The notes under the pieces: generated by a model
Seen by the model: the letters and a program-made list of their open reading frames with translations, nothing else
The model's database searches: none
Told to the model about the DNA's origin: nothing
Position numbers and translations under genes: made by a program
In this document: positions 13,262 to 22,336 of the stretch, one piece after another
How the letters are laid out: every line of letters begins with the position of its first letter
Position numbering within the stretch: position 1 is the first letter of the stretch
NCBI GenBank assembly: GCA_041397845.1
Contig: JAWKVW010000006.1
Span: 6,061 to 70,060, forward strand
Length of the DNA stretch: 64,000 nt
Source: Hyphomicrobiales bacterium
GTDB lineage: Bacteria > Pseudomonadota > Alphaproteobacteria > Rhizobiales > JAKPQE01
Direction: 5' to 3'

Positions 13262-14635
13262 ATGGCACGTGATACATCCGACTCGACGCCGATCGAAAGC
13301 CTTGCCCAGCTCGTGGAGCGGCTCGAATCCGGCAGCAAGCCGAGCGAGCGCTGGCGCATCGGCACCGAGCACGAGAAGTTCGGCTTCTACGTCGCCGACT
13401 GCTCGCCGGTGCCCTATGAGGGGCCGCGCGGCATCCGCAAGCTGCTCGAGGCGATGAACGGCATGCTCGGCTGGGAGCCGATCCTCGATCGCGGCCTCAT
13501 CATCGGCATGGTCGACCCGGTCGGCGGCGGCGCAATCTCGCTGGAGCCCGGCGGCCAGTTCGAGCTTTCCGGCGCGCCGCTGGAGACCATCCACCAGACC
13601 TGCGTCGAGACCTATTCCCATCTTTCGCAGGTGCGCGAGGCGGCCGAGCCGCTCGGCATCGGCTTTCTCGGGCTCGGCATGTCGCCGAAATGGTCGCTGG
13701 CGGAAACGCCGCGCATGCCCAAGAGCCGCTATGACATCATGTCGAACTACATGCCGAAGGTCGGCAGCAAGGGCCTCGACATGATGTTCCGGACGGCCAC
13801 CATCCAGGTGAACCTCGATTTCTCGAGCGAAGCCGACATGGTGCGCAAGCTGCGCGTCGGCGTGGCGCTGCAGCCGATCGCGACCGCGATCTTTGCCAAT
13901 TCGCCGTTCATGGACGGCAAGCCGAACGGCTTCCAGAGCTATCGCGCCGAGATCTGGCGGGACACCGATCCGCACCGGACCGGCATGATGCCGTTCGCCT
14001 TCGAGGACGGTTTCGGCTTCGAGCGCTATGTCGACTGGGCGCTCGACGTGCCGATGTATTTCGTCAAGCGCGGCGACGTCTACCACGACGTCACCGGCAC
14101 GACCTTCCGCCAGTTCCTCGGCGGGGCGCTGAAGGACCGGCTGCCGGGCGTCGTTCCCGACCTTGGCGACTTCGACAACCACATCTCGACGCTGTTCCCG
14201 GAAGTGCGCCTCAAGCGCTACATCGAGATGCGCGGCGCCGACGGCGGGCCGTGGCGGCGGATCACGGCGCTGCCGGCCTTCTGGGTCGGCCTGCTCTATG
14301 ACCAGACCTCGCTCGATGCCGCCTATGACGTCATCAAGGACTGGTCCGAGGAGGAGCGGCAGGGACTTCGCGACGACATCGGCGAGAAGGGCTTTGCCGC
14401 GACGATCGCCGGGCGCAGCGCGCTCGAGGTGGCCCGCGAGGTCGTCGCGATCTCGGCCGATGGCCTGCATCGGCGCAACCGGCGCAATCGCAATGGCGAG
14501 GACGAGACGCATTTCCTCGCGCCGGTCGAGGAGACGGTGGCGAGCGGCGTGACGCCGGCGCAGCGGCTCCTGCGCCAGTTCGCGACCGAATGGGGCGGCG
14601 ACATCGACAAGGTGTTCACCGCCCATGCCTTCTGA
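13262..14635 (+). CDS. gshA: Glutamate--cysteine ligase
   Basis: RWRIGTEHEKFGFYV...ILDRGLIIGMVDPVGGGAISLEPGGQFELSGAPLETIHQTC...SKGLDMMFRTATIQVNLDFSSEADMVRKLRV. Confidence 0.93.
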   Translation: MARDTSDSTPIESLAQLVERLESGSKPSERWRIGTEHEKFGFYVADCSPVPYEGPRGIRKLLEAMNGMLGWEPILDRGLIIGMVDPVGGGAISLEPGGQFELSGAPLETIHQTCVETYSHLSQVREAAEPLGIGFLGLGMSPKWSLAETPRMPKSRYDIMSNYMPKVGSKGLDMMFRTATIQVNLDFSSEADMVRKLRVGVALQPIATAIFANSPFMDGKPNGFQSYRAEIWRDTDPHRTGMMPFAFEDGFGFERYVDWALDVPMYFVKRGDVYHDVTGTTFRQFLGGALKDRLPGVVPDLGDFDNHISTLFPEVRLKRYIEMRGADGGPWRRITALPAFWVGLLYDQTSLDAAYDVIKDWSEEERQGLRDDIGEKGFAATIAGRSALEVAREVVAISADGLHRRNRRNRNGEDETHFLAPVEETVASGVTPAQRLLRQFATEWGGDIDKVFTAHAF

Positions 14636-15635
14636 CGCGGCAAGTCCGGAACCGGCCAGTTCAAGTCAGGCAAGTTCTGGCCAAGCAAGTTCTGGCCAGG
14701 CAGATCCTTCCCCGACAGGCGGAACATCGGTGCGGCCGGTCGCGCCGACGCTTTCGGCGTTCGACCTCGCGCTCTACGGGGCGACGCTGTTTGCCTGGAG
14801 CACGAGCTGGATCGCCCTCAAGATGCAGCTCGGCACGGTGACGCCGGTCGTCTCGGTGTTCTGGCGCTTTGTCATCGCGGCCTCGATCGTCTTCATCTGG
14901 GCGCGCCTTGCCGGCTACCGGCTGCGCTTTCCGCTCGCCGATCACCTGCGCTTCATGGCGCTTGGCGTGCTCATCTTCTCGACTAATTTCGTGCTCTTCT
15001 ACTATGGCGGACAGCACCTCGCCTCGGGCCTCCTGTCGGTGGTCTTCTCCCTCGCCTCGGTCATCAACATGCTGCTGGCGGCGTTGTTCCTCGGCCAGGC
15101 GCTGGAAGCGCGGGTGGCGCTCGGCGCGGCGATCGGCATTTCCGGCATCGCGCTCGTCTTCTGGCCGGAGATCGCCGGCACCGAGTTCAATCACGAGGCG
15201 CTGATCGGCCTTGCCTTCTGCGTTTCCGGCACGCTGTCGTTCTCGTTCGGCAACATGGTCTCGGCGGCGGGGCAGAAGCGCGGCCTGCCGGTCGTCTCGA
15301 CCAATGCCTGGGGCATGGCCTATGGCGCCCTGGCGCTCGGGCTTTTCGCGCTCGTTCGCGGCGACAGCTTCGCCATCGAATTCACGCCAAGCTATATCGG
15401 CTCGCTGCTGTGGCTGGCGGTCATCGCCTCGGTCATCGCCTTTGCCGCCTATCTGACGCTGCTCGGGCGGATCGGCTCGGGCCGGGCCGGCTATCTCACG
15501 GTCATGTTCCCGGTCATCGCGCTCGCCATCTCGACCTTCGCGGAAGGCTATCGCTGGACATTGCCGGCGATCGTCGGTCTCATGCTGGTGCTGGCCGGCA
15601 ATGTCGTCATTCTCACCCGCCGGCGCGCGAGGTGA
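14625..15635 (+). CDS. EamA/DMT family transporter
   Basis: ten-TM protein: LALYGATLFAWSTSWIALKMQLGTVTPVVSVFWRFVIAASIVFIWARL...LSVVFSLASVINMLLAALFLGQALEARVALGAAIGISGIALVF; start overlaps gshA stop by 11 bp. Confidence 0.88.
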   Translation: MPSDAASPEPASSSQASSGQASSGQADPSPTGGTSVRPVAPTLSAFDLALYGATLFAWSTSWIALKMQLGTVTPVVSVFWRFVIAASIVFIWARLAGYRLRFPLADHLRFMALGVLIFSTNFVLFYYGGQHLASGLLSVVFSLASVINMLLAALFLGQALEARVALGAAIGISGIALVFWPEIAGTEFNHEALIGLAFCVSGTLSFSFGNMVSAAGQKRGLPVVSTNAWGMAYGALALGLFALVRGDSFAIEFTPSYIGSLLWLAVIASVIAFAAYLTLLGRIGSGRAGYLTVMFPVIALAISTFAEGYRWTLPAIVGLMLVLAGNVVILTRRRAR

Positions 15636-15640
15636 TTGCC

Positions 15641-16081
15641 ATGACGCCGCGTGATCCCGACTGGCAGAAGCGGACGCGCACCGTCTTCGAGGCGGCGCCA
15701 TTCATCCGCGACGTCGGCTATCAGCTCCTCAACCTCGAACCGGGCGCTGCCGTCTCCTCGCTCGTCATTGCCGGGCGGCACCTGCAGCAGGACGGTGTCG
15801 TCCATGCCGGCGTGCAGGCGACAATGGCCGATCACACCGCCGGTACGGCCGCGGCAACCCTGCTCGGGGCGGACGAAATCGTCCTCACCATCGAGTTCAA
15901 GGTCAACCTGATGACGGCGGCGCGCGGCGAGCGTCTCGTCTGCCGGGCCAGGGTGCTGAAGCCCGGCCGGCGCATCGTTGTCGCCGAGGCCGAGGTGTTC
16001 GCGGTTGCCGGCGGCACGGAAGCGCTGGTCTCGAAGGCGACGGTCACCCTCGCCTTCGTCCCCGCCACGAAACTCGGCTGA
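15641..16081 (+). CDS. PaaI family thioesterase (hotdog fold)
   Basis: VVHAGVQATMADHTAGTAAATLLGADEIVLTIEFKVNLMTAARGERLVCRARVLKPGRRIVVAEAEVFA. Confidence 0.88.
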   Translation: MTPRDPDWQKRTRTVFEAAPFIRDVGYQLLNLEPGAAVSSLVIAGRHLQQDGVVHAGVQATMADHTAGTAAATLLGADEIVLTIEFKVNLMTAARGERLVCRARVLKPGRRIVVAEAEVFAVAGGTEALVSKATVTLAFVPATKLG

Positions 16082-16185
16082 GACGTTCGGCCGCTTTTTC
16101 GCCCACAAGGCGGTGGTAAAATGACGCCCATTGCCAATGATGCGGGCTCCGGCGGGTCGCCGCCCGCGGCAACGAGGCGACGGAC

Positions 16186-16740
16186 ATGGACCGCACACTG
16201 GCGCGCGTCGGCGCGTTTCTCACGCTCGGCCTTGCCGGCATCGGCGCCGCCGAGGCGGGCTGGTCGACCAGCCTCAACCAGGGCGAAAACCCGGCCTATC
16301 ATTATGCGATCGCCGACGGTGGCACGAGCAACGCCAATATCGGCGCACTGGCGCTCGAATGCCATGTCGAGGGTCCCGGCCCGGTCTGGCAGCTCCAGCT
16401 TTATCCGGCTGAAGACGGACCGATCGGCCCGGCCGGCGTTGCCGCCGAGGATATCGACGCGCGCGGCGCCACCATCGAGATCAATGGCACGCGGATCGAC
16501 GTCGACCCGCTCGGCGCAGGCGATTTCCTCGCGCTCAGCGACATTGCGACGGACGGTTTTGCCGGGGTCTCGGACCGGCTCATCGGGGCGATCGCGTCCG
16601 GCAGCGGCGAGCTTGAAATCCGCCTCGACATGGCGCCGGACAGGTCCGGTGCGGCCTATGCCGGCTTTGAAAGCGCGGCCAGCTTCACGCTCGATGGCGC
16701 CGGGCCGGCGATCGCGGCGGTGAAGGCGGCCTGCCGCTGA
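16186..16740 (+). CDS. Hypothetical secreted protein
   Basis: MDRTLARVGAFLTLGLAGIGAAEAGWSTSLNQGENPAYHYAIADGGTSNANIGALALECH...; signal-peptide-like N-terminus; ends just before a convergent terminator. Confidence 0.65.
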   Translation: MDRTLARVGAFLTLGLAGIGAAEAGWSTSLNQGENPAYHYAIADGGTSNANIGALALECHVEGPGPVWQLQLYPAEDGPIGPAGVAAEDIDARGATIEINGTRIDVDPLGAGDFLALSDIATDGFAGVSDRLIGAIASGSGELEIRLDMAPDRSGAAYAGFESAASFTLDGAGPAIAAVKAACR

Positions 16741-16763
16741 ACGGCGGGCAGCGCCGCAAACAG

Positions 16764-16796
16764 AAAACCCCGGCGCCCATGGACGCCGGGGTTGTT
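16764..16796. terminator. Bidirectional rho-independent terminator
   Basis: AACCCCGGCG-cccatgga-CGCCGGGGTT, 10-bp perfect stem, between convergent genes. Confidence 0.85.
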
Positions 16797-16816
16797 GTTG
16801 CCGGTCGCGTCAGCGC

Positions 16817-17917
16817 TCAGCCGAGCGCCTTGGCGCGCATCTGCAGCGCGGCCAGCTCGGAGACCTTGGCGTAGGAATTCGCCTCGGCCCGGTAAGCGAC
16901 GAAGCTGTCATAGACCTCCTTGGCGAGCGGGCTCGCACCAGCGATCTCGGCGAGGACGGCGTCGGCCTCCCTGGCGAGGGCGGCGACGATGTCGTCGTTG
17001 AAGGTCTTCATCTCGACGCCATCCTTCTCCAGCAGCGGCTTCAGCGACTGGATGTTGTGGAAGGTGAAGTCGGCGATCGACTGGGCGGCCGAGGCCATGG
17101 CGGCGTTGCGGATGATCGCCTTCAGGTCGTCCGGCAGGCCATCAAAGGCGGCCTTGTTGACGGTGACCTCGAGGCCGGCGCCGATCTCGTGGAAGGCCGG
17201 CATGTAGTAGTACTTGGCGACCTTGTAGAGACCGAAAGCCAGATCATTCCACGGACCGACCCACTCGGCGGCGTCGATGGTGCCGGCCTGCATGGCGGCG
17301 AAGATCTCGCCCGGCGGCAGCAGCACGACGTTGACGCCGAGACGGCGCATGACCTCGCCGCCGAGGCCGGCGATGCGCATCTTCAGGCCCTTCATGTCGT
17401 CGACGGAGTTGATTTCCTTGCGGAACCAGCCGCCGGCCTGCGGACCGGACGAGCCGGCATAGAACGGCACGACGCCGAACGGCTCGTAGGCCTTCTCCCA
17501 GAGTTCCTGGCCGCCGCCGAAATAGAGCCAGCCGGCATGCTCGTCGGCGGTGAGGCCGAAGGGAACGCCGGTAAAGAAGTGGAACGCCTTGTCCTTGCCC
17601 TGCCAGTAATAGGGCGTCGCATGGCTCATCTCGGCGGTGCCGGAGGACACGGCATCAAACACCTCGAAGGGCGGCACGAGCTCGCCGGCGGCATAGAGCT
17701 GCACCGTCAGGCGGCCGCCGGACATTGCCGTGATCATGTCGGCGACGCGCTGGGCATTGACGCCGACGCCGGGGGCGCCCTTCGGCCAGGAGGTCGCCAT
17801 CTTCCAGGTCATCGGCGTATCGGCGCGCACGATCGCCGGAGTGGCAAGGGCGCCGGCAAGACCGGCACCGGCAACACCAAGCGCCTTGCGGCGGCTGACA
17901 AGGTTTTCTTTCGTCAT
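16817..17917 (-). CDS. TRAP transporter substrate-binding protein (DctP family), Tat-like signal
   Basis: MTKENLVSRRKALGVAGAGLAGALATPAIVRADTPMTWKMATSWPKGAPGVGVNAQRVADMITAMSGGRLTVQLYAAGELVPPFEVFDAVSSGTAEM...YYWQGK... Confidence 0.92.
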   Translation of the reverse strand: MTKENLVSRRKALGVAGAGLAGALATPAIVRADTPMTWKMATSWPKGAPGVGVNAQRVADMITAMSGGRLTVQLYAAGELVPPFEVFDAVSSGTAEMSHATPYYWQGKDKAFHFFTGVPFGLTADEHAGWLYFGGGQELWEKAYEPFGVVPFYAGSSGPQAGGWFRKEINSVDDMKGLKMRIAGLGGEVMRRLGVNVVLLPPGEIFAAMQAGTIDAAEWVGPWNDLAFGLYKVAKYYYMPAFHEIGAGLEVTVNKAAFDGLPDDLKAIIRNAAMASAAQSIADFTFHNIQSLKPLLEKDGVEMKTFNDDIVAALAREADAVLAEIAGASPLAKEVYDSFVAYRAEANSYAKVSELAALQMRAKALG

Positions 17918-18049
17918 CACAAAATGCTCCTCGAATGGAGAGACGGGGATGTCGGCTCGGGAGTTTAGTCGAAACGCGGAAGGACGGGAGGGGGAAATTG
18001 CTGCGCCGCCCGCATCGACCGGCACGGCGCTGTCGCACCCTGTCCCGGT

Positions 18050-18637
18050 TCAGCGTTTCAGCGCCGGGCAGGGATTTATATCGCGGGCGGCATCGGCGAT
18101 GGCGCGGGCCTTTTCGTTCTGGCCGGCGACATTCCCGACCTCGCCGATCTGGCAGGCGTGGTCGGCGCCGATCTTCAAAATGTCGAGGCGATTGAGGTTC
18201 TGCGGCTGGCCGTCATCGCCAAAGAGGGTGTAGGTCGTGCGGTAGATGGCGGCGAAGGGCTGCCACTTGCCGCCGACCTTCTCGACGCGCCATTCGAGCG
18301 TCGTCACGCCCTTGTCGTCGGCGAAGATATCGCCGAAATGGCCGGTGCGGCCCATGTCGTAGTTCGGATCACCGGCCTCGTAGCGCCCTTCGGAGGCGGC
18401 CGGCTCGACGAGGACGGCAACGCCGTGCTCATGCAGGATGAAGACGAGATCCGGCCCGTTCTTCATGTCGCAGCGGCGCCATTGCTCGCGGTCGGTCTCC
18501 TCGGCAACCGGACACTCCTCGACGGAGAAACGCTCGTAGACGCTCGAGATCTCGGCGGCGGCGGCAGGACCGGCGGCGAGCGCGGCAAGGCCGATGAGAG
18601 CGGGAGCGAAAGCCGGGACAACCGACGGGCGATGCAT
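18050..18637 (-). CDS. Hypothetical secreted protein
   Basis: MHRPSVVPAFAPALIGLAALAAGPAAAAEISSVYERFSVEECPVAEETDREQWRRCDMKNGPDLVFILHEHGVAV...; signal peptide, paired cysteines. Confidence 0.7.
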   Translation of the reverse strand: MHRPSVVPAFAPALIGLAALAAGPAAAAEISSVYERFSVEECPVAEETDREQWRRCDMKNGPDLVFILHEHGVAVLVEPAASEGRYEAGDPNYDMGRTGHFGDIFADDKGVTTLEWRVEKVGGKWQPFAAIYRTTYTLFGDDGQPQNLNRLDILKIGADHACQIGEVGNVAGQNEKARAIADAARDINPCPALKR

Positions 18638-18793
18638 GGGACCTCCTTTGGCGGACGACGCCGGGGCTCAGTCTAGACTGACCCTTGGGATGCGCGAGGG
18701 GAATTTCGCGGACGAATCCGGCAGCGCGGCGGCGCGCCAGCGGGAGTCCCGTCGCTGCCGTGGCTGTTCCATATCTGACTGAAGTTTAGATGG

Positions 18794-18813
18794 ATTCCCG
18801 CTTGCGCGGGAAT
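18794..18813. repeat. Intergenic palindromic repeat ATTCCCGC-ttgc-GCGGGAAT
   Basis: GGATTCCCGCTTGCGCGGGAATGACGG, 8-bp perfect arms. Confidence 0.9.
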
Positions 18814-18985
18814 GACGGAGGTCTGGAGGGCATTGCATGCCAAATCGAAGCTTCGGCAGCCCTCTCCCTGAGGGCGAGGGTCGGCGCCCTGCATTGGCAG
18901 CATCCGACCAATTCCGTTCCCTCCCTTGACATCCCTGCCCCGATCCTCAAGCCTTCGCCGGTTTGAACAAGGGGGCAGCGCAGCA

Positions 18986-19960
18986 ATGCTCGATTTCGGC
19001 ACCAAGCGTCGGTTTTCGGATCTCAGCGAACGGGAAGTGCTCGCGCTTGCCGTCTCGGCCGAGGAAGAAGACGGGCGCATCTATGCCCAGTTCGCCGACG
19101 CGGTCCGGACCGAATTTCCCGCGACCGCCAGCATGTTCGACGACATGGCGGCGGAGGAGAACGAGCACCGGCGCTGGCTCCTTGAGAAATTCACCGAGAA
19201 ATTCGGCACGCATCTGCCGCCGATGAAGCGCGAGGACGTCGCCGGCTTCATGCGGCGCAAGCCGTGGTGGGTGGTGCGGGCGCGCGGCGCCGAGGCGATG
19301 CGCCGGCATGCCGCCGACATGGAAGTCGAGGCGCAGCGCTTCTATCTGAAGGCGGCCGAGCGCAGCACCGACGTCGACATCCGCAAGCTGCTCGGCGACC
19401 TTGCCGAGGCCGAGCGCGACCACGAGCACAAGGCCGAGGCGCTCGAGGGCGAGCACCTGACGCCGAACGCGCGCAAGAGCGAGGACGACGCAGCGCACCG
19501 GCGCTTCCTGCTGCAGATCGTGCAGCCGGGCCTTGCCGGACTGATGGACGGGTCGGTGTCGACGCTGGCGCCGCTGTTCGCGGCGGCCTTTGCGACCCAC
19601 AACACCTGGGAGACCTTCCTCGTCGGCGTTGCCGCCTCGATCGGCGCGGGCATTTCCATGGGCTTTGCCGAGGCGCTGTCGGACGACGGCTCGCTGACCG
19701 GGCGCGGCTCGCCGTGGATTCGCGGCTTTGCCTCCGGCATCATGACGACTGTCGGCGGGCTCGGCCACGCCCTGCCCTATCTCATCCCCGATTTCATGAT
19801 GGCGACCTCGGTCGCCGTCGTCATCGTGCTGTTCGAGCTGTGGGCCATCGCCTTCATCCGCTGGAAATACATGGATACGCCGTTTCTCGCGGCGGCCTTC
19901 CAGATCGTCATCGGCGGCGCGCTGGTGTTCCTTGCCGGCATTCTCATCGGCAGCGCCTGA
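18986..19960 (+). CDS. mbfA: Membrane-bound ferritin-like/VIT1-like iron exporter
   Basis: N-terminal erythrin/ferritin-like domain (ALAVSAEEEDGRIYAQFAD...DMAAEENEHRRWLLEKF) followed by TM/VIT-like domain (GLAGLMDGSVSTLAPLFAAAFATHNTWETFLVGVAASIGAGISMGFAEALSDDGSLTGRG). Confidence 0.9.
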   Translation: MLDFGTKRRFSDLSEREVLALAVSAEEEDGRIYAQFADAVRTEFPATASMFDDMAAEENEHRRWLLEKFTEKFGTHLPPMKREDVAGFMRRKPWWVVRARGAEAMRRHAADMEVEAQRFYLKAAERSTDVDIRKLLGDLAEAERDHEHKAEALEGEHLTPNARKSEDDAAHRRFLLQIVQPGLAGLMDGSVSTLAPLFAAAFATHNTWETFLVGVAASIGAGISMGFAEALSDDGSLTGRGSPWIRGFASGIMTTVGGLGHALPYLIPDFMMATSVAVVIVLFELWAIAFIRWKYMDTPFLAAAFQIVIGGALVFLAGILIGSA

Positions 19961-19993
19961 CCAGACAGCCGTCAGCACCGGTTTTGGCGTCGT

Positions 19994-20020
19994 GGATTCC
20001 CGCTGGCGCGGGAAGGACGG
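19994..20020. repeat. Second copy of the GGATTCCCGCTxGCGCGGGAA repeat
   Basis: GGATTCCCGCTGGCGCGGGAAGGACGG; same orientation as the 18794 copy. Confidence 0.9.
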
Positions 20021-20102
20021 CAGAGGCCGTGCTTGAGCGCGGCGCGGCGCGACGCTCGTCGTCGCTGGCCGGCTGCGGGCGTCTCTGCGGCACGCCCTCA
20101 CA

Positions 20103-21407
20103 TCAGCGGTAAAGGTCAGCGCGGGTCGGCGGCAGGTTCGTCGGACCCTTGGGGTTCTTCGAAACGAGTGTCTGGTAGAGCCGGGCCGAGCCGCGGGTGA
20201 AGGCGAGCGAAACGCCGCCGAGATAGGCGACCCAGATGCGATAGGCTTCCTCGCCGACCTCGGCGACGGCCTTGTCGCGATTGGCGGTCAGGCGGCGGCA
20301 CCAGAGCTCCGTCGTCCGCTCGTAGTGCTGGCGCCAGCCCTCGACGTCCATCACCTCGAAGCCGTGGCGTTCCATCGCCTGTATGGTATGGCCGAGATCG
20401 TCGAGCTCGCCGCCGGGGAAGATGTATTTCTGCAGCATGCGCTGCTCCGGCCGGCTGGAAAAGCGGGTCTGGTGCTTCTTGGCCTTGCGCGAGATGGCGT
20501 GGTTGAGAAACAGGCCCTTGTCGGCGAGCAGGCGACGGACCGTGCCGAAATAGACATCGGTGTTGGCGATGCCGATTGCCTCCATCATGCCGATCGAGGA
20601 GATCTTGTCGAAGGTCTCGTCGAGGTGGGTGTAGTCCTTCAGCTCGATGGTGACACGATCCTCAAGGCCAAGGCGCTTCACCCTTGCCCGGGCGTATTCG
20701 TACTGCTCGGTGGACAGGGTGACGCCCCTGGCATTGACGCCAAAGTGCTCGGCGGCATGGCAGACGAGCGCGCCCCAGCCGCAGCCGATATCGAGGAAGC
20801 GGTCGCCTTCCTTGAGGCGCAGCTTGCGGCAGATCATCTCGAGCTTGTCGCGCTGGGCCTCGTCGATGGAGTTTTCCCAGTCGGTGAAATAGGCGCAGGT
20901 GTAGACCATGCGCTCGTCGAGGAAGAGCTCGTAGAAGGCATTCGACAGGTCGTAGTGAAACTCGATGAAGCGGCGGTCATCGTCTTTCGAGCGCCGCTTC
21001 GGCGTGCCGGTCTCGTCGCCGGCATAGGCGCGGCTCTCGCCGGCCGGAAGCGGCGGGGCAAAGAAGAAGGCACGGGCGAAGTCGAACAGCAGCTTCTTCG
21101 GCAGGCGCTTCAGGGCGGCGCGGCTGCGCATGAAAACCAGCGGACGGCCGAAATCGATGAGCGTGCCGCCCTCGAAATCGATCATGCCGCTGGCATAGTG
21201 ACGAAGGATGCGCTCAAGGCCGGGCCGGCGCAGGATGGATGTGACAACGCCCGGATGGCGGATCGCCACGACCAGCCCTTCGGTGACGTTCCGGCCCAGC
21301 GGCTCGAGCGAGCCGTCCCAGAGGCGCAGGGAAAACGGCAGGTCGATCGCCTCGCGCAGCGCCGCGATTACCCGGCGCGCCGTCGCCAGTTGTCTGTCGT
21401 CGGCCAT
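20103..21407 (-). CDS. cfa: Cyclopropane-fatty-acyl-phospholipid synthase family protein
   Basis: IEFHYDLSNAFYELFLDERMVYTCAYFTDWENSIDEAQRDKLEMICRKLRLKEGDRFLDIGCGWGALVCHAAEHFGVNARGVTLSTEQ... Confidence 0.92.
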   Translation of the reverse strand: MADDRQLATARRVIAALREAIDLPFSLRLWDGSLEPLGRNVTEGLVVAIRHPGVVTSILRRPGLERILRHYASGMIDFEGGTLIDFGRPLVFMRSRAALKRLPKKLLFDFARAFFFAPPLPAGESRAYAGDETGTPKRRSKDDDRRFIEFHYDLSNAFYELFLDERMVYTCAYFTDWENSIDEAQRDKLEMICRKLRLKEGDRFLDIGCGWGALVCHAAEHFGVNARGVTLSTEQYEYARARVKRLGLEDRVTIELKDYTHLDETFDKISSIGMMEAIGIANTDVYFGTVRRLLADKGLFLNHAISRKAKKHQTRFSSRPEQRMLQKYIFPGGELDDLGHTIQAMERHGFEVMDVEGWRQHYERTTELWCRRLTANRDKAVAEVGEEAYRIWVAYLGGVSLAFTRGSARLYQTLVSKNPKGPTNLPPTRADLYR

Positions 21408-21558
21408 CTCGTTCCCCTTCGCGCTTGCCCGTCCAGATCGGGCGGGAGTTTACACGACGGAGAAGACTTTCCAGCAGAAAGGGGCGCCATTCACTGCCGA
21501 AAAGATTGCCCCGGCGACCCGACACTTGCCGGGCCGCCGACAGCGCGGCCGACCTGGG

Positions 21559-22056
21559 CTAGTTGGCGCTGGTCAGCACCATGATGAGGCGCATCGGCTC
21601 GGTGCCGGCGCGGCCGGCGATCGCGGCCGGGGTCTCGTCGGCCGAGGTCACCTCGAAGCCGGCGTTCTTCAGGCTGGCGAGAACCTCGTCGGGCGTCTTG
21701 TCGAAGATCGGCGCAAGCTCGCTGATCGAGGCCTTTTCCATCGCACCGAAGATCTTGCCGACCGGGCTGCCGCCGCCGCCGACAGTCGCCCAGCCGAAGG
21801 CAACGGCGACGACCAGCGAGGCAACGAGCGGCATGTAGATCACCTTGTTGCGGAAATAGCCGAGGAAAGGCCGCCAGTTCTTGTAGACGTGGAAGGCGAC
21901 CGGCAGCAGCAGGACCATGCTCAGCCACTCGTGCATCTCCTTGAAGATGTCCTGCGCGGTGTGGAAAAACAGGAACACGCCGGAGACCGCCGAGACGGCG
22001 AACAGCGTGGTGGTGAAGGTCGTTGCGTATTTGGCAATCAGGCTCTTGAACATCAT
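21559..22056 (-). CDS. DUF4405-like membrane protein
   Basis: MMFKSLIAKYATTFTTTLFAVSAVSGVFLFFHTAQDIFKEMHEWLSMVLLLPVAFHVYKNWRPFLGYFRNK. Confidence 0.75.
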   Translation of the reverse strand: MMFKSLIAKYATTFTTTLFAVSAVSGVFLFFHTAQDIFKEMHEWLSMVLLLPVAFHVYKNWRPFLGYFRNKVIYMPLVASLVVAVAFGWATVGGGGSPVGKIFGAMEKASISELAPIFDKTPDEVLASLKNAGFEVTSADETPAAIAGRAGTEPMRLIMVLTSAN

Positions 22057-22336
22057 GGCACCCTGGGAGTGTGGCTGGCCGGAGGCAGGCCCCCGGATCG
22101 GACCCGGGCCTCGCATCGGCCCGGTGGATTTGCACCACCAACAGGCGCCCGAGTGCGCCAAAAGCCAACTTACAAATTGTTCATGGTTGCCGTCCGGCTC
22201 CCCGAGATACACGGCAACTATTTGATTAGCCTATTCTTTGTCGCCTTCCATGCGGCCTTTCGGCAAAAAGGCCAAGGTGCGGCGGTTTCGGTCCGCAGCG
22301 CTGGCGGAGCCGGCAACCGGGCCCCATATCAGGAAG

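Noticed and set aside
22075-22140. GGxCCCGGGxCTCGCATCGGCCCGG repeated motif
   Set aside because: Short, degenerate GC-rich similarity upstream of the DUF4405-like gene; not distinct enough from background.
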